64,000 nt of DNA from an uncultured Verrucomicrobiae bacterium (GTDB lineage Bacteria; Verrucomicrobiota; Verrucomicrobiia; Chthoniobacterales; JAFAMB01). Below are positions 59,686 through 64,000 of the stretch, piece after piece. The DNA is taken from positions 416,001-480,000 of the forward strand of contig CAVXLD010000001.1 of NCBI GenBank assembly GCA_963762565.1. The letters are read 5' to 3'. Position numbers and translations under genes: made by a program. Every line of letters begins with the position of its first letter. Position 1 is the stretch's first letter. The notes beneath the pieces were generated by a model. The model saw nothing but the letters and a program-made list of their open reading frames with translations, made no database searches and was not told where the DNA came from.

Positions 59686-61044
59686 CTATGCTTTTGAAAG
59701 TTCCGTAACCGCGGCGCGCTGGCCCCGACTGTTTCGGCGGCGCTGCCGTAGCCGATCAAAAAATTGGGTTCGCCGCCAAGTCGCGAATTCTTTGTCGTAG
59801 ACCTTCGCCATCAAATCGCGGAGCCCGGTTTCCAGCGTCTCTACCGTCATCCTGTCGGGCCGAAAATTGACATCGAAAAGCGTACACCGATTCCACGCTC
59901 GCGGGTAAAGCAAACGACCCTCACGCTCCAGACGCTTGTAGAGGGGAGTTCCTGCGAACGGTGTCAGAACGGTCAACTGAACCTCGAAGAGAGCGGTTTC
60001 CTGGATAAACCGCCAAACCGCTTCAAAAGTCTCCGGACCCGACCCATCCAAGCCGAGGATGAAACAGCCGTTCACCGTAATACCATTGTCTTGGATCCGG
60101 CGAATAGCCGCACGGTAGCGCTCTACCTGTTTCACTTTCCAATTGGCTTTCTGTTCCAACCCATCCATACCCGCGATAACCGGGCTTTCCAGGCCTATCA
60201 AGATCTGGGAGCAACCGCTTTCCCGCAGGAGCCGAAGCAACTCCGGATCGTCGGCCACCGAGATATCCGTTTCGGTAAACCAATGAATATTTTCAGCGGC
60301 CAACGCTCGAACCAAATGCTTTCCCCGAGCCCGGTTCGCGAAGGTGTTGTCATCCGCTAGCTCGATAAAAGGATGGCTCCACAGCTTTTTGATCTGGTGA
60401 AGCTCAGCCACCACCCGATCGATTGGTTTAGTCCGGAATTGTGGCGCTATGCGGATCGACGCGGCGCAAAATTCGCACTTGAACGGACATCCGCGCTGGG
60501 TCTGCACCGTTATTCGGTTGTATTGCGCCGGATTGAGCAGATCGAAACGGGGCATGGGTGAGTTTGCCAGGTCGAATTGCGATCCCTCGTTCTTGTAAAC
60601 GTGCTGCATCCGGCCAGCTTCCCAATCCTCTAATAGCTTCGCCCAGACCGGTTCCGCTTCACCGATGACAATAGCGTCCGCATGTTCAAGGGCCTCTTGC
60701 GGCTCCGCCGACACATGCAGACCGCCCATGATCACACAACTTCCCTCGGTTCGGTACCGGTCGGCTAACGCATAAGCTTCTTCGACCTGTGCTGCCAGGC
60801 TGGAGATAGCCACCAGATCGAACGGACCGGGCGGCTTATCCAGCTTATTGATGTCAAAAACATCGTGATAAGAGATTTCGAATCGATCAGGCGTCAACCC
60901 TGCCAACGTTAGAAGCCCAAGCGTTGGTAATGAGGCAATCACCTTACCGCGATCGACAAATCCGGGCAGGGTCAGCCCTAAACTAATGAGCTCTGGGTTC
61001 ACAACGCGAACTCCGCTCATCGCAATCAAACCAATCGTTTTCAT
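59686..61044 (-). CDS. B12-binding radical SAM protein
   Basis: PTLGLLTLA, GGLHVS, IGEAE, RGCPFKCEFC, DDN, IGLES, TPFAGT; start MKTIGL at 61044 (ATGA overlap with the upstream gene). Confidence 0.9.
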   Translation of the reverse strand: MKTIGLIAMSGVRVVNPELISLGLTLPGFVDRGKVIASLPTLGLLTLAGLTPDRFEISYHDVFDINKLDKPPGPFDLVAISSLAAQVEEAYALADRYRTEGSCVIMGGLHVSAEPQEALEHADAIVIGEAEPVWAKLLEDWEAGRMQHVYKNEGSQFDLANSPMPRFDLLNPAQYNRITVQTQRGCPFKCEFCAASIRIAPQFRTKPIDRVVAELHQIKKLWSHPFIELADDNTFANRARGKHLVRALAAENIHWFTETDISVADDPELLRLLRESGCSQILIGLESPVIAGMDGLEQKANWKVKQVERYRAAIRRIQDNGITVNGCFILGLDGSGPETFEAVWRFIQETALFEVQLTVLTPFAGTPLYKRLEREGRLLYPRAWNRCTLFDVNFRPDRMTVETLETGLRDLMAKVYDKEFATWRRTQFFDRLRQRRRNSRGQRAAVTELSKA

Positions 61045-61433
61045 GAGTGTGGCCAATGCCAGAGCAAAAGGGAAACCGACGTGCCCAAGCTGAGCACCGG
61101 CACCGGAAACAAATGACGAAGCCAGGAACGCCACGCCGAAAGGAAACAGCACACCGGCATCGTGACCTGACCGATAAAAAACCATCTTCCCGCCAACCGA
61201 ACCGTATCCGCATCGAGTGCCAGTTGGCGAACGGTGATTCCTAGTAAGACGCTTAGGATCCCGAGACCGAAGAAAGAGATATGACCAAGGCGAACCAATC
61301 GCCGGGGAAAGCTGTTGTAACCCCCGAGCCATTGTTCTTGATGAAAGAAAAGACCGATCACGGCGCCGGACACAATTCCGGCTACCATCCCGATCCAGCC
61401 CCAATAGAGGCTATTATAAGGTAACCAATTCAT
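61041..61433 (-). CDS. Small 4-TM membrane protein
   Basis: Four hydrophobic segments, LGGYNSFPRRLVRLGHISFFGLG; translationally coupled to the radical SAM gene. Confidence 0.8.
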   Translation of the reverse strand: MNWLPYNSLYWGWIGMVAGIVSGAVIGLFFHQEQWLGGYNSFPRRLVRLGHISFFGLGILSVLLGITVRQLALDADTVRLAGRWFFIGQVTMPVCCFLSAWRSWLRHLFPVPVLSLGTSVSLLLWHWPHS

Positions 61434-61561
61434 CGTGCCGGATCCTAGTGTTGAATCCGGCCATTGCGGTAATTGAAGAAATTTGGTCGGTTATCAGGAG
61501 AATCGATGAGCGCATCGGCGTGTGGGAGTGTCGGCGTATCGGCGTGGTTAAGGCCACAAGA

Positions 61562-62143
61562 CGGTCGTTCTCGTCCTCGTCGTCGTTCTTCCGACTTCGC
61601 AAACGTCCTGGTTGTGGAGTGCGCCTCGGTTGCGAGGGCCGACCTCGAGCGGTTGGCAACATAGAACGTGGGCTTCGTCGGACAAGCTGTCCTCGAAAGC
61701 GGTTATTGGTTCCAGCGCCCGGTTTTGCTCCAACGCACCGGAGGGGAGCCGCCTTGCAGAATGGCTAGCCCTATGAGATGGCAACAAGCGGCTCCCGGGA
61801 AGAGCCCAGCGTATTCCATTACCGCTCGGCCTTTCGGAAATGGGGCTTGCAGAGCTGATAGAACAAACGCATCAGGGACCGTTCCCGAGAGCCGCCTGTC
61901 TACCCCGAATGCTTTCGGTGGCTAGCAACCGATAGAGCTTGCAGGCCTACAAAGCGGCTCCCCTCCAGGCTGCAGAGCAATTCGAAGCGCTGGGCAAGAA
62001 GACGTTTTTCGAGAACAGCTTGTCCGACGAAGCCCACGTTCTATGTTGCCAACCGCTCGAGGTCGGCCCTCGCAACCGAGGCGCACTCCACAACCAGGAC
62101 GTTTGCGAAGTCGGAAGAACGACGACGAGAACGAGAACGACCG
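61562..62143. repeat. Large composite palindrome with 137-bp arms
   Basis: 61562-61698 and 62007-62143 are near-perfect reverse complements and enclose a GGAGGGGAGCCGC element (61740-61966). Confidence 0.88.
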
Positions 62144-62198
62144 ATTCGCGAACCTGACCCACGCCGATACGCCGAAACACCGGCACACCCACACGCCG

Positions 62199-62441
62199 TC
62201 AGCCTCCCTGCACAGGAGGCATCAGCGAAATCATGTCCCCAGTCTTTAGTACATAATCCCGCGCCACATACTCAATACCCGCGGCAATCAGCAGACAGTG
62301 GTCCCATTGCTTGAGGCCCGGCAGAAGGCCGTAGAGCTTCTCCAGCAACCCGGCAACGGTAGTACCGGGATCCAGGTCCAATTCTTCGGGGCCTTTCAGG
62401 TCACGCAGTTGAGAGAAATATTGCAAATGAATCGAGATCAT
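62199..62441 (-). CDS. moaD: MoaD/ThiS-family sulfur carrier
   Basis: YFSQLRD, C-terminal PPVQGG. Confidence 0.88.
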   Translation of the reverse strand: MISIHLQYFSQLRDLKGPEELDLDPGTTVAGLLEKLYGLLPGLKQWDHCLLIAAGIEYVARDYVLKTGDMISLMPPVQGG

Positions 62442-62968
62442 GGGTGTCGCAGAACTCCGATTAGAGGCAAATTCCGGTACCGTTCCTGATAATCCAATCC
62501 GTATCCGACGACGAATTCATCCTCAATATCGAACCCCACGTAATCCGCTTCGATCGGACGTGCCCGTTTTTTAATTTTTCGCAGCAGTACACAGCTCTTG
62601 ACGCTTAATGGACGGACATCCTGTCGGACGGCGCCGACGATGGCCGCCAAGGTATGGCCGCTGTCCAGGATGTCATCGAGAAGAAGCACGTGACGATCGC
62701 TCAGATTAGGTAAAGCAGCTCGATCAAAATCCACCTTACCAGAGGACTCCATTTTGTCGTAATAACTCCGCACCCGGAGACAATCGATCTGGAGCGGCAA
62801 CGGGACTCTGCGGAGTAAATCCGCCATAAAGATCAGGCTCCCGTTTAGAATGGCCAGGACGGTTAGATCCTTTCCTTCGTAGTCCGCAGTAATCTGGGCG
62901 GCCAGCGTATCAAGCCGCCTCGCGATTTCGTCTTCACGAAAAAGGACTCGATCCAGGTCAGAATGCAT
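62438..62968 (-). CDS. hpt: Hypoxanthine phosphoribosyltransferase
   Basis: ILNGSLIFMADL, LLLDDILDSGHTL, FVVGYGLDY..YRNLP. Confidence 0.95.
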   Translation of the reverse strand: MHSDLDRVLFREDEIARRLDTLAAQITADYEGKDLTVLAILNGSLIFMADLLRRVPLPLQIDCLRVRSYYDKMESSGKVDFDRAALPNLSDRHVLLLDDILDSGHTLAAIVGAVRQDVRPLSVKSCVLLRKIKKRARPIEADYVGFDIEDEFVVGYGLDYQERYRNLPLIGVLRHP

Positions 62969-63102
62969 CGGAAAGCCTAGCCTTAGCCTGGATCAGCCAC
63001 AAATCGGTATGGCGAAAAACTCGGCGCGCCCCTGATCTATCGTTCTCGTCCTCGTCCTCGAAAACCTTTGGGTTCCAGCGTCCGGGTTTGGTCTGCCGCG
63101 CC

Positions 63103-63305
63103 GGAGGGGAGCCGCTTTGCAGGATGGCAAGCTCTATGAGATGGCAGCAAGCGGCTCCCGGGAAAGACCCAGCGTATTCCATACCGCTCGGCCTCTCGGA
63201 GATTTGGCTTGCAGAGGTGATAGAACAAACGCATCAGGGACCGTTCCCAGGAGCCGCCTGCTAGCAACCGATAGAGCTTTCAGGCCGATAAAGCGGCTCC
63301 CCTCC
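63103..63305. repeat. Second copy of the ~210-bp GGAGGGGAGCCGC element
   Basis: Aligns along its length with 61740-61966, including the interior (GATAGAACAAACGCATCAGGGACCGTTCCC). Confidence 0.85.
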
Positions 63306-63381
63306 GGCGCTGCAGACCAATGCCTTAGGCTGGGACCGAAACCGGAATCGAGGACGACGACGAGAACGAGAACGAGGCCCT

Positions 63382-63999
63382 CTACGCCGCCACGGAAGGC
63401 AGATTCGCGGCCAACCGGCGACCATAACGCCGGATCGTTTTGATCAGGTGTGGCTTAGTTGTTTTGTCGGTGAAACGGATACCGTTGGTGGCTGCTAATC
63501 GACGTAACTCGCCAAAGGTTCGCTTAGCGATGGTGGTGGCGTACTCATCCTCCGACAAGCGGCCGAGCGCGTAGAATTCCTGCTGAAGTTGACCTTTCTC
63601 TTTCCCGGCCGGCGCAACATACGCCGCTTCAGCAAAGGCGTGCTTCAAGAACTTGGAAGCAGCGTCAGCCCGATCCTGTTCATGGACCGTTTCAACGAAC
63701 TCTCGTTTGGCCGCCACTAATTCTTCGGCCTTTAAACGTTTGCTGCAGGCCTCTCGCAAAGCCTTCCTTAGAAGCTCTAACGACAGATGTTTCTTCGCAG
63801 CGGGCGATCTTAGCAAAGTTTCTAAAAACAACTCGCCGGACTTCCGGCTGGCCAGAAACCCATCCAAAGTCGCGTCAAAGTGCTCGATATCGGTTGCCAG
63901 CTTTACCGCGGACTTGCCAATAACGTCACCTTCAAGCTTGTTCCCATGTTTTTGGAGCCTTTCGGCAACGTGAAGAAGCTTACCCGCTAGCTCCTGATA
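63382..63999 (-). CDS. Hypothetical helical protein, 5' end outside the window
   Basis: Frame stays open to the window edge (YQELAGKLLHVAERL...); C-terminal TFGELRRLAATNGIRFTDKTTKPHLIKTI resembles a Rho-N/SAP-like helix-extension-helix. Confidence 0.65.
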   Translation of the reverse strand, partial: YQELAGKLLHVAERLQKHGNKLEGDVIGKSAVKLATDIEHFDATLDGFLASRKSGELFLETLLRSPAAKKHLSLELLRKALREACSKRLKAEELVAAKREFVETVHEQDRADAASKFLKHAFAEAAYVAPAGKEKGQLQQEFYALGRLSEDEYATTIAKRTFGELRRLAATNGIRFTDKTTKPHLIKTIRRYGRRLAANLPSVAA

Positions 64000-64000
64000 G

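Noticed and set aside
61045..61404. 120-aa N-terminal extension of the radical SAM ORF
   Set aside because: Overlaps the upstream membrane-protein gene in another frame; the ATGA-coupled start at 61044 is more plausible.
61414..62249. Cluster of short overlapping ORFs on both strands
   Set aside because: Products of the large palindrome; mirror-image peptides with no coding signal.

Overview
Bacterial chromosomal window of moderately high GC. Gene content suggests Verrucomicrobia, probably Chthoniobacterales-like (inference: murC-murB fusion, LysM gene inside the dcw cluster, long-form GreA, divergent FtsZ). From left to right it holds: a compact type IV pilus/T2SS-like operon (pilin, PilC, PilM/N/O/P-like genes, secretin cut by the window edge) with odd co-oriented neighbours; housekeeping genes (cimA, greA, eno, ftsB, polX, purK, fur); a 1.5-kb DHFR-like + VapBC islet bounded by an exact 32-bp direct repeat; a 1300-aa TIR-kinase-pseudokinase-TM-TPR protein; a dcw cluster (mraZ to ftsZ) with only an apparent ddl remnant; an orphan nuoA; a complete IS110/IS1111-type element; and a membrane protein + B12-radical SAM + NO synthase operon. 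Intergenic DNA is dense with REP-like palindromes of several families, often nested. The strongest signal is the IS1111-type element, which has inserted precisely into one REP family. Its downstream non-coding region contains two internal loops whose strands match the REP target halves and the predicted circular-donor junction, i.e. a readable bridge/seek-RNA-like guide. No rRNA, tRNA or CRISPR array was recognised. All calls were made by eye, without database searches.
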